DNA of 64,000 nucleotides, taken from IMG/VR virus record IMGVR_UViG_3300017963_000190, positions 62,001 to 126,000 of that record. One strand, written 5' to 3'. A program made the translations under genes and the position numbers. Under the pieces are notes generated by a model. That model searched no databases and was not told the origin of the DNA. It was given only the letters and a program-made list of their open reading frames with translations. Position 1 is the stretch's first letter. Each line of letters begins with the position of its first letter. This document shows positions 28,968-38,801 of this stretch, in pieces.

Positions 28968-29420
28968 TTAGACGCTCAAGTATAGAGGCCCTTTAGCCGC
29001 CTTTACTCCGGCGTTCATATGTAATGAAGTCCCTCTATGGACTATCTGTACCTCGCTGGACTCAAATTGGAAATGATCCTCGATTATCTGTCTGGCCACA
29101 CTAGAATCGAATACTCGGCAAGAGAAGATGTCCAGCATAACTGCTTTTTTCAGTGGCCAGGTGTGTGCAGCGATGTGCGACGTCGTTATCATACACCAAA
29201 AAGATGTTCCTCCCTCGTCGCTTTCGGTATCAAGCAAGTTTTCGTTAGGAGGCACTGTTGCTGCTTGAGGTTTGACCAGATAACGCATATTCAAGCTTTT
29301 GACTAAACGGTCGAAAAGTTTGAGCATAGGAGCTTTCCCTAAAACCGCCTCGTCCCTAACGTACCCATCGATGATTAAATGGTACCCTGCGAGCGTTTTC
29401 ATGGCAGCTGCTCTCATCAA
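28968..29420 (-). CDS. speD: S-adenosylmethionine decarboxylase-family proenzyme (pyruvoyl)
   Basis: GYHLIID, GGTS...ITTSHIAAHTWP, LDIFSC. Confidence 0.85.
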   Translation of the reverse strand: MMRAAAMKTLAGYHLIIDGYVRDEAVLGKAPMLKLFDRLVKSLNMRYLVKPQAATVPPNENLLDTESDEGGTSFWCMITTSHIAAHTWPLKKAVMLDIFSCRVFDSSVARQIIEDHFQFESSEVQIVHRGTSLHMNAGVKAAKGPLYLSV

Positions 29421-29453
29421 TGAAAGTCATTAAGTGGGTGATGTTGTGCAGTC

Positions 29454-29972
29454 CTATGAAGCGCTGTATCCGGGGCTTGAGGAACTTTTGGGAGGGTGGC
29501 ATTCCTTGGGCCAGTTCTTATCGCCGTCGAACACGATGATTACGCTATTGATTTTGTAGCCGCCATCTTCGCGCCGTTCTTTCATCAACTTCTTTTTCAT
29601 CGTCAAGCTGCATATCCAGTGCGGTCCCAAGCTGTCAGGGTAATGGAGGATTTTAGGGTGCAGCAGCATCGTGTTCCCGATCGTCTCTGTCTTGTACGTA
29701 CCAGGTATTACGTGGCTCAGTTGATTCTTGCCGCTTTCCTCCACATTCACTTTGGCAATAGGCTCCAAGAGAAAGACCCCACGAGGAGTACCCGATCCAA
29801 CCTCTTTTACTATTCGAACATACCAGAACTCCTCTGCCCCTGGAATTCCGCTGGCATCTTCTATGTGATCCCACGATAGAACGCCCGTCTTCCCCAAGGT
29901 GCGTGTGATGAACTGGTTGTTGGGAGAAGCATCTTGGCGTGGATTTCTGATGAATTTTACGAGGGTAATCAT
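29454..29972 (-). CDS. Hypothetical protein
   Basis: Track ORF 29454..30026; ATG 29972 (MITLVKF) with GGAG SD avoids overlap. Confidence 0.65.
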   Translation of the reverse strand: MITLVKFIRNPRQDASPNNQFITRTLGKTGVLSWDHIEDASGIPGAEEFWYVRIVKEVGSGTPRGVFLLEPIAKVNVEESGKNQLSHVIPGTYKTETIGNTMLLHPKILHYPDSLGPHWICSLTMKKKLMKERREDGGYKINSVIIVFDGDKNWPKECHPPKSSSSPGYSAS

Positions 29973-30004
29973 GGAAATAATTTCTCCGAAACCGGGAGCT
30001 TGAA

Positions 30005-30928
30005 TTAGAGGGTTGGGTACGGCCAACGGGAGATAAGAATTCTCCCTAGGTCAATGTATTCCCCTTTATTGACATCGTAGGTAAGTCGGATAGTGTAGGG
30101 TTTTCCGACAACATCGAACGTTCCACCGGACCTGTCTATGGTGGCTGTATGTGTGTCCCAAGATCCAGTTCCCGTAACCACTCCATTGGTCACTGTTACT
30201 GGCGCCTGAGCGACGTCGTATACTTCTATGGTCAGCTTTGTAGAGGGGGAAGCCGCGAACCTGGTGTAGACGTCTATATATAATGGACGGTAGGTGTTGT
30301 AGTACAACGTAATGTTCTGAATAACCTGTTGCACAGCAGGCACCGCTGTTGGAGAATTCTCCACTCTTTGATAGACCACAAAGTTGCTCCCGTCGAAGTC
30401 AGACTCCGTAACAGTGATATTTGGACCAGCGTTTGTGGTAGACGTGCGCGTGAGTTTGGGTATGAGCTCGATCGGAGCCGAGTTTATATAGTCCCGTGTA
30501 TAGTCAGCCGCGGTGCGCCGCGGGGCATTTAGTAGATGGGATTGTTCTAGAGGAACCCCTCCACCTGGATGGTACACCCAACCAAGCACCACCCCATTAT
30601 CGATCTCACTGTCGCTGAATATACCTTCCTCCAAGCTATACTCTACTGGTACACCACCTATAATGGCTCTGTCTTCGTGGGTAGCGATCAACGTGTAATT
30701 GGTGGCGGTGCCAGGAGAACTAAACAGAATTGTTTGGGTATCAGTTTCTCTCCAAACGATGCCGTCTTGTAGCAGGCCGGAGCCTATTGCCACTTCGAGG
30801 TTCCCAGCGGAATCCACAGTAAGCTCAAAGCCTAGGTAAACGCCCTTTTCGTTGAGCGTTCCATGGATGATGTTTTCTTGGCTATAACCAGCTGTGCCAC
30901 CGAAATTATAGTACCGTTCCTGTCCCAT
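30005..30928 (-). CDS. Virion structural protein (baseplate/fibre-associated)
   Basis: GVYLGFEL...GSGLLQDG N-terminus typical of fibre/baseplate attachment proteins; beta-rich C-terminus. Confidence 0.55.
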   Translation of the reverse strand: MGQERYYNFGGTAGYSQENIIHGTLNEKGVYLGFELTVDSAGNLEVAIGSGLLQDGIVWRETDTQTILFSSPGTATNYTLIATHEDRAIIGGVPVEYSLEEGIFSDSEIDNGVVLGWVYHPGGGVPLEQSHLLNAPRRTAADYTRDYINSAPIELIPKLTRTSTTNAGPNITVTESDFDGSNFVVYQRVENSPTAVPAVQQVIQNITLYYNTYRPLYIDVYTRFAASPSTKLTIEVYDVAQAPVTVTNGVVTGTGSWDTHTATIDRSGGTFDVVGKPYTIRLTYDVNKGEYIDLGRILISRWPYPTL

Positions 30929-30942
30929 ACTAGCTTACTCCT

Positions 30943-33144
30943 CTAGCCAAACAAAAGCATTCCCGTGTATTCGGCCGAGGTTAAGTGCACCTTGACCATC
31001 GTAGGAACAGCCCCAAGATCCGCTTCGTAGGTATTCATTTGTCCTGAAACTGGTGTTGCCGTAACAGCAGGTTGCCACGCTGTCCCGTTGTGGAATGAAA
31101 TCTGTGGTGGATCTTGATAAGTAGGGTAAAAATCTGTACGGTTTTCCTGTAACGGTACCAGAACGATCCTCCACTTTGGCCCAGAGTTGGTTCTCACAAC
31201 GAGCGCCCGCGTGACATACTGGCCGTAAGCTCCAGGCCGGAGCTTGCTGATGTTGTTCACTGGTAGCTTGCTTAACGCTGTTGCGTCCCGTTCAGTGTTT
31301 GGGATTTGATCGTGGTATCTGGGCCTTCGGAAATCCTCCAGGTATACGGTTTCGTTTCCGCCTGCCATACTATTGGCTAGGTACGTAAGGGCGTCTGCCT
31401 CTGGGCCCGTGTTGAGATACTCGCGCACAGTTGTGTCTACAATGCGTTTATCTCGTACCTTAGCCATCTGGATTCCATCCCACATCACTTCCGCGATGTG
31501 GCAGGCATCATGTAAATTATCATAAGTGTCGTATGGATTTATGAGAGCCCACATCATAATCGCGCTATTCGGGCCATCATTTTGCCGCTCTTCGATGATG
31601 AATTGGTCCACTTCCGCAAACAATACATCGGTGACCTGCAACGCGTTCTCCTCTAACGTATCCCTCGGAATAGGGCCAGGAGTTTGCCATGTCGCGCCAA
31701 ACTCAAACAAATGCTCGATGGCGGTTCCGGATGAGTCCTTTCCGTACAACCTTATTTTAACCGATAGGTTTGGGTCGGAGGTAGCGTCCGCCAACCCACA
31801 ACACACACGTGAAGGGCCGTAAAAGGAAATCGAGAACGTGTCGGATACACCTATAGCCTCTAAGCGCTTGTAGCAGTAAAACACCTGCGGCGCTTTGATA
31901 AGAGCTCCTTCATTGTCTATGAGTAGCTCGTACACCATGGGGAATTTTTGCGCATCCGCAAAGGGTTCCTGCGTGCTGCTTAGTTGAGTAAACGCCCTTC
32001 CTCCAGCTATTACGAGCTCGTCTTCTTCTGGGTTATTGGTTGAGAACGTTACTTCGTTTCTTCCTGCTGGAGGCTCGCCAGCGACCACTTTAGTGTAGTA
32101 CATCCCAATGGCTTCGTCTACAGGGGGATCGTAGGGAAACACCACTCTGTTTGTCTCGGCGACTATTTCTGCGGCCCAGTCCTCACTAGAGCTTTCTATC
32201 CAACAGCGTCCTAAACGAACCGGGAAATTTGGAAGCTCTACGTACTTAGCGTTCGGGTACGTTGTGTACGTTCCACTTCCATCATCGGTTTGTAGTGAGT
32301 TGTAGGGCACCGATACCTGGCAGCGCACGCCGGGGATTTTTTCTATAGACCTGTCATCTGATATTATTATTCCATGGTCGAGGTGCAGCTCATATGGAGC
32401 AAAGGCGCCAACAGCCAAATCATTTTGGGAGATGCCGTGAGGGTTGTTGTCGGTTGGGGGACCGCTTCCAACCTGCTCGCGATGCTGAACGTCGCGAGCA
32501 GAGAACCAAGGCCTGTTCCAGACATAGCTGTCTCTAGTGTGGTCGAAAGATGGCTGGACCTCAACCTGTAGGCTAACCGGATCCTGGACGCTTTGCATTG
32601 TCACGATGCAGAGGGGTATATAGTCAGCCCGTGTGTCAGCATCGTAGTTCAAATAAACGTCAACGGTGTCCACATTTATTTGGTCGCTCTGCGGGCTGAT
32701 ACTTTTTTCGCTGCCCATTCGAGCAGTGTAGGGAACCACTGCCTCCCCATAATCATTTAGTTCCTGGTCGGCTATCTCGACGATATAGCGCAGATAGATG
32801 ACATTGGCCACCCCTATAGATGGATCAGACAGCTCTATTTGACGAACCGTTTCGGTAAGAGCAACCCACATCCCACTTTGGGTAACCGCTAGCCCGGGGG
32901 TCACATCAATGGTTTCATTATTCACTGCGTTCTCTGTTACTCTAAAAGGGGTATCCTCGATCGTCTCGGCCAAGGACGGGTCCAGTGGAGTAACTATCCC
33001 GAAACTCGGATCCACAAACCACTCTGGATGCCCGATCATCAGCTGAATGTGCTGCACGAACTCGGCATTGTAGATGTCCGCCTGCATCTTGAGCCGGTCG
33101 AGAGATTGTCTGATGTTCCAGTTTAGTCCTGGTAGCTCTGCCAT
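30943..33144 (-). CDS. Virion structural protein (baseplate/fibre-associated)
   Basis: 733 aa, acidic; IDVTPGLAVTQSG..V and NNPHGIS fibre-type motifs. Confidence 0.55.
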   Translation of the reverse strand: MAELPGLNWNIRQSLDRLKMQADIYNAEFVQHIQLMIGHPEWFVDPSFGIVTPLDPSLAETIEDTPFRVTENAVNNETIDVTPGLAVTQSGMWVALTETVRQIELSDPSIGVANVIYLRYIVEIADQELNDYGEAVVPYTARMGSEKSISPQSDQINVDTVDVYLNYDADTRADYIPLCIVTMQSVQDPVSLQVEVQPSFDHTRDSYVWNRPWFSARDVQHREQVGSGPPTDNNPHGISQNDLAVGAFAPYELHLDHGIIISDDRSIEKIPGVRCQVSVPYNSLQTDDGSGTYTTYPNAKYVELPNFPVRLGRCWIESSSEDWAAEIVAETNRVVFPYDPPVDEAIGMYYTKVVAGEPPAGRNEVTFSTNNPEEDELVIAGGRAFTQLSSTQEPFADAQKFPMVYELLIDNEGALIKAPQVFYCYKRLEAIGVSDTFSISFYGPSRVCCGLADATSDPNLSVKIRLYGKDSSGTAIEHLFEFGATWQTPGPIPRDTLEENALQVTDVLFAEVDQFIIEERQNDGPNSAIMMWALINPYDTYDNLHDACHIAEVMWDGIQMAKVRDKRIVDTTVREYLNTGPEADALTYLANSMAGGNETVYLEDFRRPRYHDQIPNTERDATALSKLPVNNISKLRPGAYGQYVTRALVVRTNSGPKWRIVLVPLQENRTDFYPTYQDPPQISFHNGTAWQPAVTATPVSGQMNTYEADLGAVPTMVKVHLTSAEYTGMLLFG

Positions 33145-33162
33145 CGGTGATCCTCGAAAGTT

Positions 33163-35277
33163 TTACAGCCTCAGGCTGCCTGTATTGAGTTTGTCGGTCA
33201 GCCCCATCCTGAATTGTAAATCATCCAGACGTGGAAACAGCGGTTTGATCATTATGCCAGTTGAAGCGTGTGTATAGTCCCCGGTTTGCTGGCACACGTA
33301 TTCATAGGACAAAGCGGACACCTGGGGAGTGGATATATTCCAATCTCCCATTTGTATCTCACCTGGAGAATTTTCTCCACTAAACAGTATGTCTATGCGT
33401 TCCACAGGCTCGTCTGTAGCCTGCAGCTCTGCTGTTACCGTGGTTAAGGTAGCAGCTGGTATTGTCCAGTCTGGAAGCCAATCGTTGGGAAATAAGCGTA
33501 GCCTAAGCTTCACCAATTGATCTGCGTATACAGAGAAGTTCCAGCGCATGCCGCCGGAGCCTCCAATCATTCCTTGTATCACAAAGGTGGGCTCCGTTAT
33601 GTTCGTGGTGATGGGTATATTTCCCGCGATACCCTCCACCCGGCTCGTAAGCTTGAACGAGTTAAACACTCCAGGGAAATCAGCGTCCACGGTCAGGTCT
33701 GACCGATTGATGGCAGCCGACGTACTTATAGCGACCTCCACAGCGGTAGTGTCGTTTTGTATATTAATTGTCTCCACCGCATTGGTGCCGCCAGCCATGT
33801 CGGACCACGTCCATCCGATGGTCTGTAGGTTACTGGACAAAACTATTGGTTGATTTCCCCTTGGGCTGACAATATCGTTTGTCAGATTTATTTGAGCTCC
33901 GACACGGCTGGCAGTTATTTTTAGCGCGTCAACTTTGTTTATAGCGGTTTCTGTTGGCACCGAGACATCCACAGGGAACACGGCGGAGCTGATGTCCACA
34001 GTCACGTATCCAGGAGTAGGAGTGAAGGTGGAGCTGTCCTGGATGTATTCAAAAAATATTTCGGTTCCGTAGCCATCGTTCAATGAGAACCAATCATTAT
34101 TGTTGATCAGTGTTGGACTGGCAGGTAGTATCCACCCTGACGCGGGTGACGATGGGGTTGGTACATAAGATGAATTTGCTTGGTACTCAAAGTGAACCGC
34201 GTTCACACTATCATCAATGAGGAACCAATCATTGTTGAACAGCAGCGACGGATCGCAGGTTACGATTGATCCAGAAGCGTAAGTAAACGGCGGCGTTATG
34301 TTGGGCACAGCAGTATGCTTGAGCCAGAATTTCCCGTCGTTGTCTAGGTAGGCGATGAGCCGCTGCGTATCCCCATCGTAATTGAGGTCTCCCCGTACCT
34401 TTTCCCAGAACAAAAATTGGTCCGCTTTAATTGACCTGTCCAAGATAAGATGATTCTTCTCCACTTGCTCTGGAGGCCCTAGCTCCACACGCCCAGCATT
34501 GTATTTTTGTAGTGTCCGTACTTCCTTTAAGTCGGTATCCCTTATGAATGGGGCGGACATCCAGTCCACGAGAAATGGTCCATCGATCGGATGAAAGAAG
34601 CCCTCGGTTATGGGGAGGTTCAAGACTTTAGACCGGTAAGCAGTGAACGCTCGCATTTGGATTAGTTCTTCGGAGACGAGCGATCGGTGGATACCTCGAT
34701 CTAGGGTGACCTGGTACTGCCTTATATCATTGCCGTCGATGCTTACTAGGAAATAGTCTTCTACCGCGTATTCTTTGAATGACAGCGCATTTTCTGCGCG
34801 AGAAGATATAGCTATATGGTCCCCACGGACGACGAAGTCAGGTGTATCTATGTTGATCACCGAGGTTCCAGCAGAATAGTTTCCTTGCACCTCTACGGGA
34901 TTGGAATAATGAAATACATTTTGCCCTGTAGGGTGGTCTGCTAGCAGCCTAGTTTCCAGTATGATTGTGTCATTTACTAGGTCTGCTACCTCATGGAACT
35001 CGCGCTTGCCTATGGTAATGTAGCCACCGACGCCCACCCATAGGGGGAGCCTGTTTATTACAATTCGATCCATTTGGTAGATGGCATCTTGTGCCAGTTG
35101 AAATCGGTTGTCCGGGGCAATGAGCGGAAGAATAAAGCCGAGTTTTAGGCCGTACCTTATTTCTCCTTCCCCAAAAATATCCAATGGCAGGGCCAGACCA
35201 CGTGGACTCAGATGAGCTGTCATACCCTCATAGAAGGCTCTGGTGAGGGCGTCGTTGAGTGTATTCAGCAGGCCCAT
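33163..35277 (-). CDS. Virion structural protein with an internal duplicated domain
   Basis: 704 aa; two NNDWF.(I/L).D....(H/F)FEY copies and two T..AIN copies. Confidence 0.55.
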   Translation of the reverse strand: MGLLNTLNDALTRAFYEGMTAHLSPRGLALPLDIFGEGEIRYGLKLGFILPLIAPDNRFQLAQDAIYQMDRIVINRLPLWVGVGGYITIGKREFHEVADLVNDTIILETRLLADHPTGQNVFHYSNPVEVQGNYSAGTSVINIDTPDFVVRGDHIAISSRAENALSFKEYAVEDYFLVSIDGNDIRQYQVTLDRGIHRSLVSEELIQMRAFTAYRSKVLNLPITEGFFHPIDGPFLVDWMSAPFIRDTDLKEVRTLQKYNAGRVELGPPEQVEKNHLILDRSIKADQFLFWEKVRGDLNYDGDTQRLIAYLDNDGKFWLKHTAVPNITPPFTYASGSIVTCDPSLLFNNDWFLIDDSVNAVHFEYQANSSYVPTPSSPASGWILPASPTLINNNDWFSLNDGYGTEIFFEYIQDSSTFTPTPGYVTVDISSAVFPVDVSVPTETAINKVDALKITASRVGAQINLTNDIVSPRGNQPIVLSSNLQTIGWTWSDMAGGTNAVETINIQNDTTAVEVAISTSAAINRSDLTVDADFPGVFNSFKLTSRVEGIAGNIPITTNITEPTFVIQGMIGGSGGMRWNFSVYADQLVKLRLRLFPNDWLPDWTIPAATLTTVTAELQATDEPVERIDILFSGENSPGEIQMGDWNISTPQVSALSYEYVCQQTGDYTHASTGIMIKPLFPRLDDLQFRMGLTDKLNTGSLRL

Positions 35278-35712
35278 CTAATTCCACTCCTCGGGATCGG
35301 AAGCACCCTTTTCCAGATGAGTAACTCCCAGGTCTATGGCATAGCACACCGGACCGCCGATCACCGCGGCGATTATTGTACTAATGATCATATTTTGGAG
35401 GTCAAATTGACCCCACAGAAAGTAACTATCGCGCCACTTGGTATTTACCAAGGCATACAGGTACATAAGCCAGTGAGAGCCCATTCCACACCAAACCCCC
35501 AAACACAGATAGCAGGAAAGCAGTTTGCGGAAAACGCCTACGCGCAGTATGTACTGACGCACGCGAAGGATGCCCACTTTTGCGGATTTGGTAAAGTCTT
35601 CCCTGGTAGGGGATTCTGGGAAGCTGGCGGCTGGGACGCCAAATATCTTGGCATCAGCGATCAGGACCGCTAATCCGTAGGCGGTGACGGAAAAGATAAT
35701 GAATGAGAGCAT
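35278..35712 (-). CDS. Membrane protein (DUF1360-like)
   Basis: Three hydrophobic segments; KLLSCYLCLGVW motif. Confidence 0.6.
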   Translation of the reverse strand: MLSFIIFSVTAYGLAVLIADAKIFGVPAASFPESPTREDFTKSAKVGILRVRQYILRVGVFRKLLSCYLCLGVWCGMGSHWLMYLYALVNTKWRDSYFLWGQFDLQNMIISTIIAAVIGGPVCYAIDLGVTHLEKGASDPEEWN

Positions 35713-35724
35713 GGTAATTTTTTG

Positions 35725-35910
35725 CTAGACATCTTCCGCGGGCAGCTCTGAAATGGTTTGGAGGATGTCTCGAAGTTGATCGTACGTAATTTTGATGGTG
35801 TTTCCGTAGTCGTCTCTGACCCAGATAACTCTTCCATCTCTTGCCACGCTCGGGCAGTTTCCTTTCCTACGGCAACAAGATGTCCACGTGCGCTTGTTTT
35901 CCGCCATCAC
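35725..35910 (-). CDS. Small protein, DUF397-like
   Basis: W.SC...GNCPSVA.....VRD...G..I.IT pattern. Confidence 0.45.
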   Translation of the reverse strand: MMAENKRTWTSCCRRKGNCPSVARDGRVIWVRDDYGNTIKITYDQLRDILQTISELPAEDV

Positions 35911-35911
35911 A

Positions 35912-36481
35912 TCACCATCGAATTATGTGGGCATTTGTAGTAGTCGATGCCCCCTGCCCTTTTGTGAGCGCGTAGGTTAATCCAGTCACGATGGCCATGC
36001 CAATGGTCACACCAATGGCGAACCCAACCAGACCTTTGTTTTGGGACCACCAGGTATTGCGGGACTCAGCCTTTGCTTTGAGGTGGTTGATTGTGGATTC
36101 GTAGATGCGCCGTTGAATCTCAGCCTTTTCCCGAGCCGCCTGGAGCTCAGCACGGCGACGGTTGCGTTCCGCCTTCAGAGCTATGTAGTAGCGTGTCTTA
36201 TCTTCATCCATCAGGTTCCCGTTGAAGGGAGCTTTTGTGTCCTTGGGAACCGTGACAGACTTGCCAGTCTTGTAGCCAAGACGCTTCTCCAGCGTGTCGT
36301 CCACGAGCGGTCCGAGCTTGGCTACCTCTGCCTTGGCCTGCTTGTAGGTCTTAATGGGCGGAACTTTGGTGGCCGCACAACCAGATCCCAATGCGGATCC
36401 AACCGCAAGTAGCAGCATCGCGATGGCGATCAATATCCACTCACAGGAGCTTGTTGAGCTCTTCCAGTCTCTTGACCTCAT
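35912..36481 (-). CDS. Lipoprotein with coiled coil and C-terminal TM helix (spanin-like)
   Basis: Hydrophobic stretch plus GSG-C lipobox; start embedded in the 3' end of the upstream gene; C-terminal GLVGFAIGVTIGMAIVTGL. Confidence 0.55.
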   Translation of the reverse strand: MRSRDWKSSTSSCEWILIAIAMLLLAVGSALGSGCAATKVPPIKTYKQAKAEVAKLGPLVDDTLEKRLGYKTGKSVTVPKDTKAPFNGNLMDEDKTRYYIALKAERNRRRAELQAAREKAEIQRRIYESTINHLKAKAESRNTWWSQNKGLVGFAIGVTIGMAIVTGLTYALTKGQGASTTTNAHIIRW

Positions 36482-36857
36482 CGTCGATCTCCTTGATCTC
36501 CTCTAGCTTCTTAACAACGGCTTCCTCGGCCTCTTTAGCCTTGGCCACCTTGATCTTCTCATCCATGTCCGCTTTGGAGACCTCGTTTTTGGATTTCTGG
36601 ACGGCTTCCTTGACACCAGAAATTGGGCCCTTCCCTTTCAGGAGGTAAAGGATCCCAATAAGGGCACCAATGATCGCTAGGATACCGCCGCCCCAGATAA
36701 GGACCTTTTTCCACACAGAGCTCTTGGCTTTCTTGAGATCCTTTTTCAGATCCTCATCAAGCTTAGGCTCCTCTTTTTTGGGAGAGGTTTCCTCAGCTGG
36801 GGCGGCCTCAGTAGCCGCCTTGTCCGTGGTAGTCTTATCGGTGCTTTCCTCGGGCAT
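36441..36857 (-). CDS. Single-pass membrane protein with coiled coil (i-spanin-like)
   Basis: One TM (VLIWGGGILAIIGALIGILYLL) then a helical C-terminus; follows the holin. Confidence 0.5.
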   Translation of the reverse strand: MPEESTDKTTTDKAATEAAPAEETSPKKEEPKLDEDLKKDLKKAKSSVWKKVLIWGGGILAIIGALIGILYLLKGKGPISGVKEAVQKSKNEVSKADMDEKIKVAKAKEAEEAVVKKLEEIKEIDDEVKRLEELNKLL

Positions 36858-36874
36858 CGTAGGCGTTAGGGAGA

Positions 36875-37651
36875 CTACTCGCCCCCCTCCTCCTCCTTCT
36901 CTTCCGGCTTTTTTGGCTCTTCTTTATCCTCTTTCTTCTCTTCAACCTTCAGCGCCGGCTTGTCTTTCTTCTCCTCTGTGCGCGTCTCGCCGAGCTTGGC
37001 TTCGATCAATGTCTTGATGTACTCAGCACCCTTGTCCACGATACCAGAATCCTTCAGGTATACGAGGGCTTTATCGGCCGCCATGTCTAGTTTCTTGGCA
37101 CCATCGATAGGATTGTCTCGGAGCTTGTGCGCCTGCTCGTTGGCGTAGTTCAGGCCCATGACGATGGCTTTGTCCACCATTTCATCAATCTTCTTTTGGG
37201 TTTCCACGTCGTGCACCTTCATCTTCTTCAGAAGCAGTTTGACGAGTGGGGTGAGGATGATGGGCAGCGCGATGGATAGAATGATGAGGAGGATCTGCAG
37301 CAGGATGCCTCCAATGGTACTTCCCCAGGAATCCTTCTTCGCGCTCTTTTGGGGCGCTGCGGCTGGAGCCGGAGCCATCGAGGGCTCAGGTGCCTTTGGC
37401 GCAGTCATCGCCGGTGCAGGGGCCATAGCCGGCTCCATAGCAGGAGCTGGGCGTGCTGGAGCTGGCATCGCCGCGGGAGCAGTACGCCTTGCAGGCGCAG
37501 TGGGGGCCATCGTAGCCGCTGGGGCCATAGCCGGCTCCATGGTAGGGGGCGCGGATGTTGGAGCTCCGAGAGCTCCTGGGAGCGCTACACTCACCACGAG
37601 TGCGGCTGTCAGAATAGACAGCATCCTTTTGTAGGTTCTTCGTTTCGACAT
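36875..37651 (-). CDS. Holin-like protein (LL-H type) with signal peptide and Pro/Ala/Met-rich linker
   Basis: TM followed by YANEQA...DGAKKLDMA...YLKDSGI...IKTLIEAKL; MEPAMAPA repeats. Confidence 0.6.
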   Translation of the reverse strand: MSKRRTYKRMLSILTAALVVSVALPGALGAPTSAPPTMEPAMAPAATMAPTAPARRTAPAAMPAPARPAPAMEPAMAPAPAMTAPKAPEPSMAPAPAAAPQKSAKKDSWGSTIGGILLQILLIILSIALPIILTPLVKLLLKKMKVHDVETQKKIDEMVDKAIVMGLNYANEQAHKLRDNPIDGAKKLDMAADKALVYLKDSGIVDKGAEYIKTLIEAKLGETRTEEKKDKPALKVEEKKEDKEEPKKPEEKEEEGGE

Positions 37652-37684
37652 GATCTCTTCCTCCTGTGTCTGTGTTTTACAAGA

Positions 37685-38707
37685 CTAGGCTTCGTTCTCC
37701 TCGGGAGTCTGTTCTTGCCCCCGATTTCCTACGTTTGGCTTGATGATCGCCTGCCACATAAATCCATTGTTGAACGCAAAGACTACCCCACGCCAAGTGA
37801 ATGTCCCGGCCTCATTTTCGAGTCCCTGTTGTATTGAATAGTACACCATCATGGCAATGATGAATGCCAGAACTATTCGATGGGGATTGAACTGAACGTT
37901 CTCCCCATCCTCTTTGGCCTCGAAGTAATCCCAGAAGTATTTCCCCAGAACCCCAGCTACGAGGGCAAGGAAGTAGAAGATCTCGGCGTGCCTGTCTTTG
38001 AACGGCTGCTTAGGTTTCTTCTTGCCGTTTGTTGCTGGAATGTTCAGGAGAAATCCCTGCTGATGCACCATAGGGGGGAACCCTGCATCATACTTGTACA
38101 TCACATTGAAGTCATCCAGTCTAGGGGGATCCTGGGCGTAGTTGATGTTTGGCAGCGCTTTCTTCATAATCTCTCGATAGAGTTTTTTCTTGAGCTCCTC
38201 ATCCAGTGGATGCTCGGGTTCGAGCATCTGGAGATTAGTATTCTGCTGCGCTAGGTATGCCTTGACCAAAGGGGACTTCGGATCCCCACAGGTAACATTT
38301 CCGTCTCGCACAAGGATCAGCTCATCTTTTTTGCACTCGTTGTGTACGATGGCTTTTTCAACACTAAGCGATCCATCAGACACGATCAGCTTTAGTATGG
38401 GTGGGGCTTGAGGGGGTCTTCTTTTTTCTACCACTCGGTGGAGGTTCGTTCGGTTAGGCCGCTTTTTGATGCTCTTGACGTTCGCTCTGGATTCTACGAA
38501 AACGGTGTTCACAAGAATTATGCCAACTACTACAGGTGCCAATATACTGATTATGGACAGGGCAGTAGCCCACTTTCCTTTGGACTTGAACGTGTCGCCA
38601 GTTGGTGTTTTTGATTTGATTACACGGTTGCGGACGTATCCCGCCAGATACACGATGAGGACGAAAAGCGCCCCCATTACTAGAAGAGCTGCAAAAGAGA
38701 CAGGCAT
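37685..38707 (-). CDS. Multi-pass membrane protein
   Basis: Two N-terminal and three C-terminal TM segments; AGGAGG SD. Confidence 0.7.
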   Translation of the reverse strand: MPVSFAALLVMGALFVLIVYLAGYVRNRVIKSKTPTGDTFKSKGKWATALSIISILAPVVVGIILVNTVFVESRANVKSIKKRPNRTNLHRVVEKRRPPQAPPILKLIVSDGSLSVEKAIVHNECKKDELILVRDGNVTCGDPKSPLVKAYLAQQNTNLQMLEPEHPLDEELKKKLYREIMKKALPNINYAQDPPRLDDFNVMYKYDAGFPPMVHQQGFLLNIPATNGKKKPKQPFKDRHAEIFYFLALVAGVLGKYFWDYFEAKEDGENVQFNPHRIVLAFIIAMMVYYSIQQGLENEAGTFTWRGVVFAFNNGFMWQAIIKPNVGNRGQEQTPEENEA

Positions 38708-38801
38708 GCTGTACGTCCCTCCTATTGGTCACTACTCCAAGGTGTTGGATCGTCGCGTAGAGGAATAATAGGCGCGTTAATAAAAAGTAATGCGTGGTGC
38801 T

